DNA of 64,000 nucleotides, from assembly GCF_001194135.2 (NCBI RefSeq), contig NC_068985.1:82485319-82549318 (forward strand), in the 5' to 3' direction. The stretch is from Octopus bimaculoides. Lineage: Eukaryota. Positions 50,365 through 64,000 of this stretch are shown here, piece after piece. The notes beneath the pieces were generated by a model. That model had not been told where the DNA came from and did not search any database. It was given only the letters and a program-made list of their open reading frames with translations. Made by a program: the position numbers and the translations under genes. Position 1 is the stretch's first letter. Each line of letters opens with the position of its first letter.

Positions 50365-53300
50365 TATATATATATATATATTTATTTAAGCTTTGTTATC
50401 CTCTGTTATTTCAAAGATTTTTCCTGAAGTATATACTATACAGCATAAATATTGACATTACTTGTGTTGAATATGTATTTTATGTATGTGACCAATGAGA
50501 AGATATCATTTTGAAGTTGCTTCACTAAAACACTCTAAATATCTGTATCTCTCTCTCATACACTCACAGACACACACAAAATTACATGCAGTTTTTTTTT
50601 TTAAATAATACATTGACTTGCTGCTCTTAAATTCAGTATTGATTATATACTATAAAATACATTGGCCTTTGCATAAAAGTAATAAAAAAGAATCTATAAT
50701 GAGATGTGGAAAACCTGCCCCTCTAAATAAAAGGGAAATTTTAACTAAGAAGTGAGAGGAATATAACTCATTGTGTGTGTGTATGCACATGCATGATGTG
50801 TGTGTATGTATGTATGTATGTAAATATGTTTGTGTATGTATGTTAGGTGTGTACATTTGTATGAAGAAGAAAGGGAGCAAATACATGTGGGTGTGTTGTG
50901 TGCATATATAAAAATTACATGCATGTGTGTGCATGAAACCATTGTCAATGAGTAATATTGATACTATTTCCAAATTACAATTCTTAGAAAACTTCTTTAG
51001 GAGAACATGGAATTCAGCAGCTGATTCTGCTGCTAGTTTTGTTATCCCCAAGGTGACAAAAAGAAAAGTATCTTTGGTGTCATAAGAAACTATTTTGCAT
51101 TTCATCCCCTTTAAAAAAATGTAAAATTCTCTCTATGAGAACCGATTTACTTGCTAATATAATATGCAAATTAACCCTTCAAACAAAGTAATGCTCTTTT
51201 ACAGTTGGAAAATAGAGCCAGCATCAGTAAATTCAACATAAATTAATACAGATTAAAATAAAATGGAAACTTGTATAGTTTTCTTTTCAAATTTATTTTG
51301 TTTTTGGAAATTTTACTTTTGTTTGCCTTTTGACTTTGATTTTATATCTTATTTATTTCTAGCCTGGATTATTTTCATTTGAAAAATATTTTAAAATAAC
51401 AAATGTAAAAATGTCTCTTCTTTTTATTCAACTGCTGCCACACTAGCAATTTTCACCATCTATAAATGAATGAATTTTTTATGCATTTTGTTATATGTAT
51501 ATTTTTAAATCTCTTTGAAAATAAAATAAATTTATTGAAATATTTGTTGGTGAAGTGTTAAATTTTCCTTTTTTTTTTCTTCAAGTATTTTCTTTCTTTC
51601 ATTTTCCAGCCTGCTGTATTGTTCAGTGTATGGGGAGATAAGCTTTACTCTGTGCATTTATGTTAGAAGAACCTCTCCTTTCCTTCATGTAATGGATGAG
51701 ATAACGAGTAATTCCTATGCAAATTACGGCCAATGCTGATGTAATGTCCCTTATATGGTCTGAAATCTTCAGTCTGCATTTTTAGTATTATATCATCTGA
51801 ACAGTACAGCAGCCACTGCTGCAGAGAGGGGATATACTATCATTCAAATATTCTGCGTCACAATTGAGGTAGTTTACATGAAATATTCTTAAGCCTAAAA
51901 AAAAAGTAAAATAATAACTATAATAATAATAATAATATTCTGATTTGCTATACAGCCTTCTGATTATCAAATAGAAATATTAAAATTTCTAAAGCTTTTA
52001 ACACAGTTAAAATTGCATGAATATTTTATACTATCCATTTGAAATTAATGAAATAAGGATTTATTTCATATATTTATTAATTTAAAGCATATTCCTTCCA
52101 TCTTTTGCCAAAGTATTTCCATATTTTTGAGAAATATAAATAGAAATGAAGCTATATTGACACGTGGTATGTTTCCATCTTAGTATTTGTATGTCTTGAG
52201 AAAATACATTCTAATTAAATACTTAGTAAAAATTTGTACTATTGAGAAATATATGAAGAAAAGGGAGGGAATCATAAATAATTTATAGACTTATTTTGAT
52301 TAAAAAATAAATGCGAAAGAAATAATTAAACAATTTAAAATTTATTTATGAAGTTGGAGAAGCTATTTAATTTTGTGTATATATTATGAAAAGAAAGTAT
52401 TACAGAAGATAAAGAAGACAGTGAAAATGTATTTAATTTTTATTATGAGAAAGAATAATGTTGAAATTCCCAAATTATACATCTAAGAATAATGTTGAGA
52501 ATATTAGGTAGCCTCAGCTGTCTAAAGTTATATCCATAATTAAAGCAATTTTGTTCAGTTGTTTGCCAGATTCCAATCTGACAAATTTTACTCAGACAAA
52601 ACATAAAAGCAAAAAAAAAAAAACTTTTGTGAAAAAAACTAAGCACACTGGTGTCAATCATTTTTATTTTCATTGTAAAATATTAAACAAATAAGCAATG
52701 TAATTTCTGCTAAAATTTTTTAATTCATTAAAAGAAATACACAATGGTCACAGCCAACCGAAAATAATACTTATAGGCAAATAGCAAAATTCTAATTTAG
52801 TAACCAGAGATAGCAATGAAATGGAGACATTACTTCAGATAAATTGTGATTAAATTAATTTTATTACTGTTTCATAAGTCAAAATAGTCATAATAGTTAA
52901 AAATCAAATTTTTTTTCATGTTGGAATTTCATGATAAAATACTTTTAACATTATCAAAATACAAAAGAGCTATGATCAAAATCAGAACTATTATATGAAA
53001 TAATTAGCTAATAAAAAATATCTGACAAAAGAAATACAAAGAAAATGTGATTTTTTTTTCTTGCAAGTGATAATAGCTAATAAAGAATTATGGAGTACTG
53101 AATAATAGTTCTACTAATTCAAATCATAAATTGTAGTTCTATTTTATAAAGCTTAAATAAGTAAAGGAGTTAGTTGTAAAGGACTAAAAGAAATATATTG
53201 TACCCTCATCATTCCTTATACCTTAAAAATTAATATTTCACATTAAAAAATTTTTTGTTTTGATTATTAAACTGAATTTTCAATGCATTTCATTATAGTA

Positions 53301-55224
53301 GTTGTCTTTTAAAATTTCAAAGTTGCAAGGAGAAGGATTGAATGAGGCTACTAAAAATGGAAGAAATTTTAATTGAAAGAAATCCGGCATCTAGATTAAA
53401 AGCATAAAAGATAATTATTTATTTTACTTTTTCAATTTTTTCTCTTTGATTCTAAAATCCAGCAGTTTGAATTACAATTTCAGGAAAATGTGTTTTATTA
53501 AAAAATAGTTATCCATATATAATTTGTGTGTGTGTGTGTGTATGATATTTAAGACTATTCAAATTTTAAAATTTAATCTGAAGGAAATAATCTTAAGGTA
53601 TTTAACAATGTAATGGTTTTTCTTTCTTCCTTTGTCTTTTATTTTCAATATTAACACTGTTTTAAAAAAAATGAGTTATCTATAATGCTTTAGAAATCTT
53701 ATGATGATTATTAGTGTCATTATTAGGCTAAAAATCTCACATATGAATCACACTTCTTGAGTTTAATCTCACTTAATGCAGTAAAGAAAAAGGAAAGTAA
53801 AATTGCTGATTATTATTTAATATTTAATTGACCAAGCTTCATTAAGATCCAAAGTTGCTTTCATGAAATTCTGTTAGTGTTTTTGGTACTATATTTTATT
53901 TTAGTTTTTTCATTTAATTCTGTTAGCATTTTGGGTACATATTTAATTCTCTTGAAATAGTTGTATTGTATTTGTCTGTGATTCTGTGTTTTAGAAAGAT
54001 AATCAAATATTTATTGAAAATGAATTGTACTTGATTTACTGGATGTGTAGTGTGTTGGTTTATCACAAATTAAATGTGTATTCACTTGAAAAGGTAAAAG
54101 GCAGTTAAATGTAAAATGATTAAACCAATTCTTAAAATAGGCTATTACAACCAAAAATTTACTGTTGCTTCCAAGGAGTTGGCTAAGATGAAAATCATTT
54201 GGTATAACTAAAGAGAATTAGGATCTCTATGAAATTAAAAAAAAAATAAATAAATAAAAACATGAAACGAAAGTAAATGCTACAACAGATCTGACTACCC
54301 AAACCATGTTTTCCACGAGAAACAATGTTGAAAATTAATGCTTTGGAAAATGACCTTACTTCACACCTAACTATTTTAATTCCACTTTGCTTTACCCAGT
54401 CCTACAAGAATTGCTCAAACGACTCAGTCAATCTAATAGAAAACTAGTTGTGACTTTGACTTCATGACAAACTTTTAGGAAGTGTAACCTGCTATAAAAT
54501 GACCTGCTCCAATAAGTCTTGCATGAGTGAAACATTTTGAAAAATCTACCTTGTCCTAAAATGTTAAGAGTTTACATGCTTAGGGGAAACTCTCTTTGCA
54601 GCCTAGTTAAAGCAGTGGGCATATATTTGTTTATTAGACTTCTTTCTAAGTATGTAAATTAACTTTGAGAAATGATTTATTAATTTCTTGACATTATTTC
54701 CTCTTTAATTTGAGAGTTACTAATAATTGACACTAGGTCTTTGTTTTCTTTCTCTAACTAAAAGTTAAATTTCAATTAATGATCTTTAGCATGTGTCATT
54801 CAGTACCTGACCCTTTTATTTATTCAAAATTCATACCATTAGTTATACAAATTATTTTGGCTAAAAATTATTCGTAAGATCAAAATATTTGGCAGCAGGA
54901 AAAGCATCTGGTTTTAAAAGCTTCCCAAAATAACTCTCTGTTCAAAGCCATGCTAGCATGAGAAATGTGTATTAGATAAACAAACAGATATTTGTCAACT
55001 CATCAAGCAGACTTGAACAGGCATATTATGTTGATGTGGACTGAAACATCTATAGTTTAGTCTTCAAAAATCAGACTTTTTACCTATACCTTCACTAACA
55101 GGAAAATTTCAGTTAAATAAAAAATACTTTTTTACACATGGCAATACATATCCCTTTATTTATTTATATAAAACCTGATATTTCATTGTGTTGCTATTCC
55201 ACTGCATGTTATCTTTTACCATTG

Positions 55225-55445
55225 CCTTGGATCAATCCAAGCCTTGTGACTGAAATTAGATTAACAGAAACTATGCAGAGGGTCTTGTCAGATGGATTGT
55301 ACTTGTAATTCAAAGGTACAGCCTCGACACCTTGTGTCACATTGATTCCATTTGAGAATCATGTTAGGTATACATGTATCTGTGGAATACCCAACCACTC
55401 ACATGTTTGCAATTCGATGAGCAAGTTGTTCAGTTGAATCCTTTA
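55225..55445 (+). mobile_element. SINE body fragment (family D), diverged
   Basis: Reads caagccttgtgactgaaatt...aattcaaaggtacagcctcgac...gtgtcacattg...gtatctgtggaatacccaaccactcacatg...gagcaagttgttcagttga. The 5' part resembles the family A body; the 3' part is recognised from memory only. Confidence 0.45.
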
Positions 55446-56467
55446 TTGATGAAGCCAATGCAGTTTCATTTACTACTGTTACTTGCTTGGTTATACTGTC
55501 TGACATGACCTGCATTAATAAATACTTACATGTGATGTTTTGTAAAATGATCAGGACTTAACTGGATATATATGATTTGTCATCTCTTTGTATTTAGTTT
55601 GTATACATAGTGCTATGTGTATGGGATAGAACTTTGTTCATTACAAAAGCAATATCAGCTGCATTTTATAGAATTTTAAGATGATATTGTCCTTATTTGA
55701 GTTTTTTGATAGCACACTTTTAGTTTAAGATGAAATGTCAATATCTCTTGAACAGTGCTTTATGTTTTATATTATTCTTAGAGTTTCTTTACTAGAATAC
55801 AGTTGTTGATAGAAGTCTTTTGTCCTCTTAATGATTCAATTTCAATGTTTTCCATTTTCTGATGGTTCTGTTTTGTTCATTAATACCGGTAATGCAGGTT
55901 TCCCTTCAGCTTGTTTTACACTTTGCAACATGGAATTATTTGCCTTCAGCTACTGTTTTTCTTGAAACACATGCGTTGTTGTTGTGTGTATCCTCACATT
56001 GTTCCTCGGTTGCATTCTTTCAACTTTATCTCAGTCAGATCTAACATTGCAGTTTTGTCATTCATAGCTTTCTAGTTTAACGTGAAGATTTTATTTTATC
56101 TGTTTGGTGGACTTTATATTATTTTACAGTTTTAAGAAAAGGTTTAGTATATTATTCATCAGGGTTTTTATAGGTACGTTGTTCATGTTTTTCTATTTTC
56201 TCAATGTTTGCTAAGGAAGGTGTTGAGTGAAGTTTTGAAAACACTGACCAGATTTTTATGGATGCAAAGTGGCTTCAATTTTTGTCTAGTTTTTTTCCCT
56301 CTCCCATTCCTTGGATATTGGTGCTAATATTGCTGATTAAAGTTGTTTGGAAATGTTATTTAAGAATATCTCAAGTGTGTTGGTTTGTATGAAATTTTGC
56401 TTGATGTTTTCTTTTGAATGTTAGTAATTTTGTGTTTGATTGAAATAGTAAAATTGATATGAGTTTC

Positions 56468-57570
56468 CTTCCTATTTTAGTCTTTTTTCAATGTGCTTAT
56501 CTGAACAATTTCTGAAATTTTAAATTTAAAATCTCACATTCTAATTAAAATGATTTTTAATGGTTAGATCATTTCCTTAAATTTCACTAACTTATTTTCG
56601 TGTGTTAGATTAAAGTGGAAGTGCAAAGTTTATTACACTTTTGGTTGTCATGCTCTCTTCTTAAGTCTTCAGAGTGTTGGTTTACATGATATTGATGTAT
56701 CAGTAATATATAGGTATATTAGGGTAATAATAATATGTAGGCAATAGTAAATTTCAGATCATATTATTTAAAAAGCTGTCTTTTATTTGTGTCTGTTTCT
56801 AAACTTATACAAAAGGATTAATATAGGAATTATCAATTCTAAGACAAAAATAAGAAAAGGTTTGTCATATACTAAAAGCAAGTTCTTCGTATTCATCTTG
56901 TCAATATCCATTTAAGTTTAACATAGGTCACTTGCTGAGAAACTTTAGAGTAGCATGGAATTGTAATTTAACAATTACTTCCTGTAGGGCTATTAAAATC
57001 AAGTGGCCAATAACTTATCCACTTGTTTTAAATTGTTCAACTTACAAACAGGATTAACCGTCAATTTCACATGCTAAGCAGCTGTATACAAGTTTTTTTG
57101 TTTTTTTTTTTGTTTGTTTTTTCTTTTGTATGTACTTGCAGTTCTTGAAAAGCAAAATAATTAACTACAAAGTGTGATCAATTTTATTTCTTATTCTTCT
57201 GAATTCACTTCAAAGATTAAAACGAAGTTCACTAATTATGTTGTCCAAATTGTTTGTTAGTCACATATTTTTAATAGCATTTTTCTTTCTATTTTTCTTC
57301 TTCAGTGTGACAGAAGTTAATTTTCAAACAGTTCTTAACATTTAGTCTGGTGGGCATTAGCAAATTTTTTTTTTTATACAAATATTTGGTTATCTATATG
57401 CATTAATTAGCCTTTAGCATAAGGAATTGTACATTTCTAAACAATTTCAGAAGTTTGAAAATAATCTCATGTTTTAGTTAAAATACTTAATTTTTGGATT
57501 TCAAGATCATTTCCTTAAATTTTTGCTTGGTTTAGGTTATTTGTGAGACTAAACTGGAAGTGCTATACTG
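56468..57570. repeat. Two diverged direct copies of a segment of about 130 bp (about 56500-56630 and 57440-57565)
   Basis: Both copies share aacaatttc(t/a)gaa...aatctca...agatcatttccttaaattt...(g/c)tggaagtgc, at about 70% identity. Confidence 0.55.
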
Positions 57571-58488
57571 ATGATATTTTAATTAGAACTTTTCGGGAAT
57601 ATGTTTGGTATTGAACTACTAGCTCATAATTTTAAGTTTTTAGCTGATATTTTAGCATGTATTTGGACAATAGCCCTAATTTTGCATTCCACAGTGCATC
57701 TAGAAATGTTTCCAATGGTAAATTTTATTATCATTCTATCCAGGGAAATATTTACCTCTTATCTACTTAAAATTATGAAACCAGAGCCAAGGATTTTAGG
57801 AAAATATCAGAACACATTCAAAATGCTGAATCCACTTTCACTTCATAAATTCTGATAATATTTTGGGTGCTGCAAAGGAAAATAAAGTACAATTTTCAAA
57901 GCTATTTCTTTACTTATATCTCCTTGAGGTTATTTGTGACATTTAGATATCTATAGTTTCTCAATTGAGAGAGTGACAACCAGTGTAGTTAGCATAATTA
58001 GTATTCATTATCAGTTGATTTAAGAAGATCGGAAAAAAAGGGCTGATGTTTTGAATTTAAAAAATTGGGCAGATTATTTATTATGGATTTTGGGAAGTGG
58101 TGCACAATAGAGGTGAAATGAGTAAGAAGAGACAAATTCTTCAAGTAAGTTGGATTATGTATAGCATACAGTCAGTGAGATTAGGGGCTGAAAAACCACT
58201 GGAATAAAGGCAAGGTAAATAGAAAAAAAAAGATAACTTGGTAGTGTACCTGTATTTTTTCTATGAGGTGGAAAAATTTCTTCAGTGCAATCTGCAATGT
58301 TCCAATTTAGGTGCACCATCTGATATATGGAAGATGTCTTTTATTGTGTAACATATTTATAAAGTTGTGAAGTGGTAAATTTATAAGAGCTCTGGATAAA
58401 TTGCTTTGCAGTGTTCATTTGCAGTGGGGTAAATATATAAAGTATCAGGCTTGTGGTTCAGTTATCTCTCTCTTTCTGGAAGACAGAC

Positions 58489-58525
58489 TTTAGCCTATCC
58501 CTCACTCTGTGAGGGATAGGCTAAA
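58489..58525. repeat. Perfect 17-bp hairpin with a 3-nt loop
   Basis: TTTAGCCTATCCCTCAC-TCT-GTGAGGGATAGGCTAAA. Confidence 0.95.
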
Positions 58526-59809
58526 ATGCCCAATATTGATATTCACTGTATTTTATATTATCCCTATGACTCCATCAAGAGTTGATGGTGCGAGGCAAGG
58601 CATATTTTTTAGTTAGTAAATCAGTCATTAGCCAGTTGTAGTAGAATTATTTCCTGTCCTAAAGAGGAAATACAGCTGTTGAAAAAGTATGGACTATTGT
58701 TAGCATTAGAAAGAGTATCTAAACAGTGCAAATAATTCTTCAGAAATGTTTACATTATTACCTAAACTGTAAAGCATAAATCATTTCACAATAGCGTGGC
58801 TATGATTAGAGTTCAACTTAAAATTTGAAAGTGAATAAGTTCATTATGGTCATTATGGAAATCCATAGATGACTGTTTTTATATATAGCCATATTTTGAA
58901 ATATATAGTAAAGAATGCATATAAGGGAAGAAGTAGCTTGGAAAATTCCAGTTTATTTTGTTTCATAATTATCCCAAAGACCCTAACAGAATTTAATGAA
59001 ATGAGAAAGGCTTCTGCATTTTGAATAGATTTCTTTATTTTCAGAATTTTCAAATAAAATTGAATAGCCCTAAAATGCTATATATTCTTAACTATATCTA
59101 TCTGCCTTGATTTAATAAAGCTTCATTAATAAAGCAATTAGCAATAGCTAAATGAAACTTGAAAGCTCATATTATGTTGCATTGACAGGGAGTCATAATT
59201 AAGAATTTCATGTATTTCTGAATAACTTGAAAACTTGTCATAATTTACTATCCATACCTATTCAGTAAGATTGAGTGGAGACCACAGGTTTCTGATAAGA
59301 TGCCAATCCATAGCTTTAATATGTTCAGTTTGATATTCATTCAACTGGACTACTAAGTCTCTGTTTCTTTTTTTTTTTTTAATAGATAATATTTGTATTT
59401 TTTTAAGCAACTATGATGCTTATTTTTGCAGCAGAAAATTTTGTTAATTGAAATAATTTCAACTTATTACTAGCATTCATTTTCACAAAATTAGAAAATG
59501 ACAAGTGATATCATCCTTGATGACATTTGAATTCAGAATGTACAAAATACTGAAAAGAATTTAGTCCAGTATTTGATTATTATGCTCTATAATTTTCACC
59601 ATCTCTACTCAATAGGTAATATTATAAATATTTTTAAAAGAATTTATTGCAGTTTTAAGTGTCTTCATCATTAAAGAATAGAATATAGCTATCATTTGCA
59701 AATGAGTATGACTTAGTAACATGTACCATGCCTTCACTAATTGTTTTAGATGTCTATGTTGTCTTGAGCAGACATGGACACCTTCACAAATTATCCCACT
59801 CTCGACTTA

Positions 59810-60005
59810 CTTGAACATTGAGGATGTGGTAGTTGGAAGCAGAGAAAGCTGCACCAGCATTCAGCTGGTACTCATTTCAACTGAGTAAGCTGGAGCAACA
59901 TTAAAAGAAGTGCTTTGCTCAAGGATATAACATGCCATCCAGTTCAGAACTCAAACCCACAACCTTATGATTGTAACCCCAATACCCCCAGTCACTAGGT
60001 TATGC
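59810..60005 (-). mobile_element. tRNA-derived SINE (family E), diverged
   Basis: Reads ctggtactcattt...ctggagcaac...aagtgctttgctcaagga...gaactcaaacccacaaccttatgattg...cactaggttatgc, the reverse of a tRNA-like head. Confidence 0.5.
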
Positions 60006-60064
60006 GCTATTATTATCACAAAATAATTTTACAATTCTCTCTCTTGTCACCGATAAATTACCTC

Positions 60065-60483
60065 TCTCTTTTATCTTTTACTTAATCCAGTCATTGAGCT
60101 GTAGCCATGGTGGAGCACCAATCCAAAGCACTAGTTGAACAAAGTAATCCCAGTGCTTATTTTAAAGCCTGGTACTTATTCTATCAGCCCCCTTTTGCTG
60201 AAGTATGCTATTGTGGTGTAAACAAACCAACCCTGGTTGTCAAGCAGTGGTTGGCATCAAACAGAAAGGTATTCTCTCTCTCTCTCACACACACATGATG
60301 GGCTTTGATGGGCTGTCTATCAAATCTTTGATAGATATCTTTGATGGGCTATCTATAAAAGCCACTTACTAATTTTTGGTTGGCCCAGGACTATAGAGGA
60401 AGACATTTGCCCAAAGTATCTTGCAGTGGGACTGAACCCAAGGTCACATGGTCTTCTTACCACACTGCCATGCCTGCACCTAT
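60065..60483 (-). mobile_element. Family A SINE, full length with an internal duplication
   Basis: Complete motif series from cagtcattgagctgtagccatggtggagcacc to ccacactgccatgcctgcacctat. The internal motif tgatgggct occurs three times. Confidence 0.8.
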
Positions 60484-61984
60484 ACTCATGCTATTATTTC
60501 CTTAATATTTATCACATAGATAACTGGTAGCTATCTTATTCAATCAGTTTATTTTCCAAATTCTACTTCAGCACCATTGTTAGTTTACATAATTAACACA
60601 ATTTGCTCTCCTTAAGTTGTTTGGTTTCCATTTTGCCATGAGTATTTTCTCTTTGTATGAGTTTCCATTTTCGATTTTTTTCTCTTTCTTTCGTAACAAT
60701 GTAAATAAGAGTGTTTTTTTTTTTTTTTGCAAATATGAAGTTTTCTACATTGTTAAAGCAAGTGATTTTAGAGTTGCTTGTTATTTCTACTGTAACCATA
60801 TAAGAAGTATAATCTACATGTCACTGTTTTGACAACAAATCTAATAAAACTTAGATACTTTATGATAAACCTTGTACTCATTGTGTCTTGTTTTTTTTTT
60901 ATCTCAGAAAAAAATTGATAAGTATCTTTAACTAATGCCAAGCTTAAGTGTCTAGTTATATATATATCACATGCTTCTTTTGACAGTAGGATTGTGGTGT
61001 AAGTTGGGTTTATGTTCCTTAAGCATAATTAACCAGACTGTAAATTAGTTTCTTATGTTTTTTATAGCAACAATGTAATTTTGTTTGTAGAACTGGTGAT
61101 CTTGAACAATGTTTCTCTTTTTATCCTTTTGGAATGACATTTGTTTTTAGGATTTGACTTCTAATGGATCATTTAGGATTTCAGATTCAGCATTCTAGCT
61201 CATCCCAACTTTACCTTATGTCTTCTTTGTGTTATGACATCTGTATGGAAAGTAAAATCATTATCTGCAATCATTGGCAAAGAAAAGGAAGTTTCAAATT
61301 TTTGTCATACAATTTTTGAAATTGTAATTCAATGTTATGTTAAAAAAATTTTTTTTTTTTTGAAATGACAAAATGACAAAATAAAGAACTCAGTCAGACC
61401 ATGTAAATAGAATCCTCAGAAGTGCATGTACTTGTTGTAACTGTGATAAAATTGAACATAAAATTATTTATTTATTTTTCTTTAGTTTCTTTTTTCAAAT
61501 ATTTTTTTTTTTTACTTTTAAATAAGAAAGCTTCGTCAGAGTAACACACTGTAGAATCAAATAAAGATATCAGTTTTATCCTTTCTCCATCAGGGTATGT
61601 TGTTTGAATAGGGAAATTGTTGAACATTGATGATGTTGCTGCAAATCGAGGATATTTGAAAAAAAGAAATAGTAAAGAAATAAGAAAAACAAAGTTAATA
61701 ATCAATAAATCTTATGTTAAATATTGTTTACTTGTTTAACCTTTAGGGAGCAAGAAAAAAAAGTGGCATAATTTTATGGAAAACTGATGATGAGACCTGA
61801 CTTAGGAAATAGAAATAACAGCATCAGGCCTGAACAAGACATAATACTGCATCTATATTAAAGTTGTTGCTGGTTGTCTTGCCAGTAGTGCCATTAGTAC
61901 AGAATACATTGTGTTGTCTATGTAGCAGCCAAAATGTTTCAACTAGAATTCAGATGTAAGAAGCTGTTTCCTTTTGAGTAGCAT

Positions 61985-61999
61985 TTTAATTAGAAATGA

Positions 62000-62070
<71 letters not shown>
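61985..62070. repeat. Compound (CT)n(TA)n(CA)n microsatellite
   Basis: Seen directly in the sequence. Confidence 0.95.
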
Positions 62071-62071
<1 letters not shown>

Positions 62072-63403
62072 TAGATGTGTGTATGTGCATGCGTACACGT
62101 GTGTTATTTACACATATATTCATATATATATTACATGCATGCAAACGTGTGTGTGTGTCAGGGGAGTGTATATGTGTATATGCATGCAGAATCATGTACG
62201 CATGCACAGGATAGATGTTTTATGATTTTTACTTGTAAAAACATTTAAGTACTCAATATACATATTCAAGGCATTGTATATCATGCACATTTATTTTTGG
62301 TTGCATATTTGAACATAGATACACACCGTGTGTCTTTATTTAGAGAAGGACAATATACAATCTATATACATATTTACATTTGTGATCTCACTTTTCTTGT
62401 TGTTTTGTTAAACATGTAATTTTATGGATATTCTTTGGAATGGGTCATCATCTTCACTTCCTTTTTCAAGTTCTCTTTTTGTCTTTTCAACTGAAATTCT
62501 TACAGAGAACTTACTTTTAGTTTCTAATTATTGAATAATTCTGTTTATTGACACTATGTTAAATAAAGTAACTAAAACATACAAATAATAGAATTACCTG
62601 TGGCCTTATTAGATATATTTCCATCTGAAAGTGAAGTATTTTGATTGAAAATAATTTTATTCTGTTTTATTATTTATTAGGCTTTTGCTGTAAACATTGT
62701 TGGAATGGAAACAGCACTAGCAAACCATTAGATAACATCATTAGTCATTAGCACAAGTATAAAACAATTAATTTACTATATTTTCACAAGTTGTTTATAA
62801 ATTATTGTCAACATGTTATTGTTACTAGTTTAAGTTTTGTTTCATGTACTACAGAAAACTGATTATTGAATAACAATGAAAATAACTTCAATTTGTTTTG
62901 TTATGTTTATTTAATTTTGTCTCCTTTAAAACTTTCATGCATGTATCCCTATTGTAGAGTCTCAAATTTGGTATCTAATCATACGAGGTTTAAAGCATTC
63001 CTGTAGTTTCAAGCTTTACAATTCACAATTTTGAAACATTAAAACAGATAAACTATGATCCTCGTATCTGTGGAACATTACTGAGGACTGCATATTTTTA
63101 TAGTAATGATGATCTGCAATGATTTTCTGTTCTTGGATTCAGACATACGAGCAGCCTTAGTACTGCTAGGGAACAGACAAGACTTCATAACTAAAGGCTT
63201 TATTGTAGCAAAAACTGGATCATTTGAATGTAAATGATTTTTCTAGGGGCACATAACAGTTCTAGTGTTGCAATAGGAATCATTGATCATTTCCATGGCT
63301 GAGTGATACCCACTTATTTAATCACCAGCTGTAAAAATACACCTAACAAGTATGTATGCATATGCACCCAGAGACCTGAGATTGTATGATTGTATGATTG
63401 TCT

Positions 63404-63418
63404 GTCTATCTATTTATC

Positions 63419-63494
<76 letters not shown>
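63404..63494. repeat. (TCTA)n tetranucleotide microsatellite
   Basis: Seen directly in the sequence. Confidence 0.95.
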
Positions 63495-63495
<1 letters not shown>

Positions 63496-63789
63496 GCCTA
63501 TCTTCTGTTTAAGAATCCATATGTGAGAGAAAACAAGCATTAGTATATTTGTGAAATTCATAGATATATCAATATTTATACAATACATTGTTATAGATAT
63601 ATTTCAGCTGATTTTACCAATCAGTTTTACTCAAAGGAGGTTTAGAAAAATCCTATCCAGTACTTGTTAGAAGGGCTGATAAGAGAATATGGCTCTCCAT
63701 TTCCTACCAACCTTTCTAGCATAGGCTGGAATTTAGTTTTTCCCAAACACTAATTCGTAATCTTGGTTGAAATGATTCTGTAATTCCAT

Positions 63790-63825
<36 letters not shown>

Positions 63826-63831
63826 CATATA

Positions 63832-64000
63832 TCTTTTATCTTTTACTTGTTTCAGTCATTAGACTGTGGACATACTGGGAGACCACCTTGAAGAATCTTA
63901 GTCATGTGAATTGACCCCATTACTTAATTTCTTCTTTAAGCCAAATCACTAAGTTACAGGGATGTAAACAGACCAACACTGGTTGTCAGGCAGTGAGGGA
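63832..64000 (-). mobile_element. Family A SINE 3' part, running out of the window
   Basis: Reads tatcttttacttgtttcagtcattagactgtggacatactgg...actaagttacagggatgtaaacagaccaacactggttgtcaggcag. Confidence 0.75.

Noticed and set aside
61472-61705. 77-aa minus-strand ORF, and CAG|G|GTATGT splice-like signals on the plus strand at 61591-61600
   Set aside because: The ORF is flanked by poly-T/poly-A low-complexity codons and is unrecognised. The plus-strand exon options contain stops or are ambiguous between donor and acceptor.

Overview
This is AT-rich eukaryotic genomic DNA with five N gaps, many microsatellites, and no host protein-coding gene, rRNA, tRNA or CRISPR array that I can support. The SINE families look like those I recall from Octopus (cephalopod) assemblies; that is recognition from memory, not a database result. 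The window reads as intronic or intergenic sequence filled with transposon fossils: a decayed hAT (Buster/Charlie-type) transposon, two mariner elements (one near full length, one with two 5' ends), two RTE LINE 3' ends, two different Penelope-like GIY-YIG endonuclease fragments, and many tRNA-derived SINEs. Several long inverted repeats are present. The most interesting signal is at 49942-49983: a minimal type I hammerhead-ribozyme motif in which the usual C3-G8 core pair is replaced by U3-A8. It caps a rod-like, CpG-retaining element of about 300 nt that runs into an assembly gap and resembles a Penelope-associated or retrozyme-like unit. All percent identities are estimates made by eye, and most repeat boundaries are approximate.
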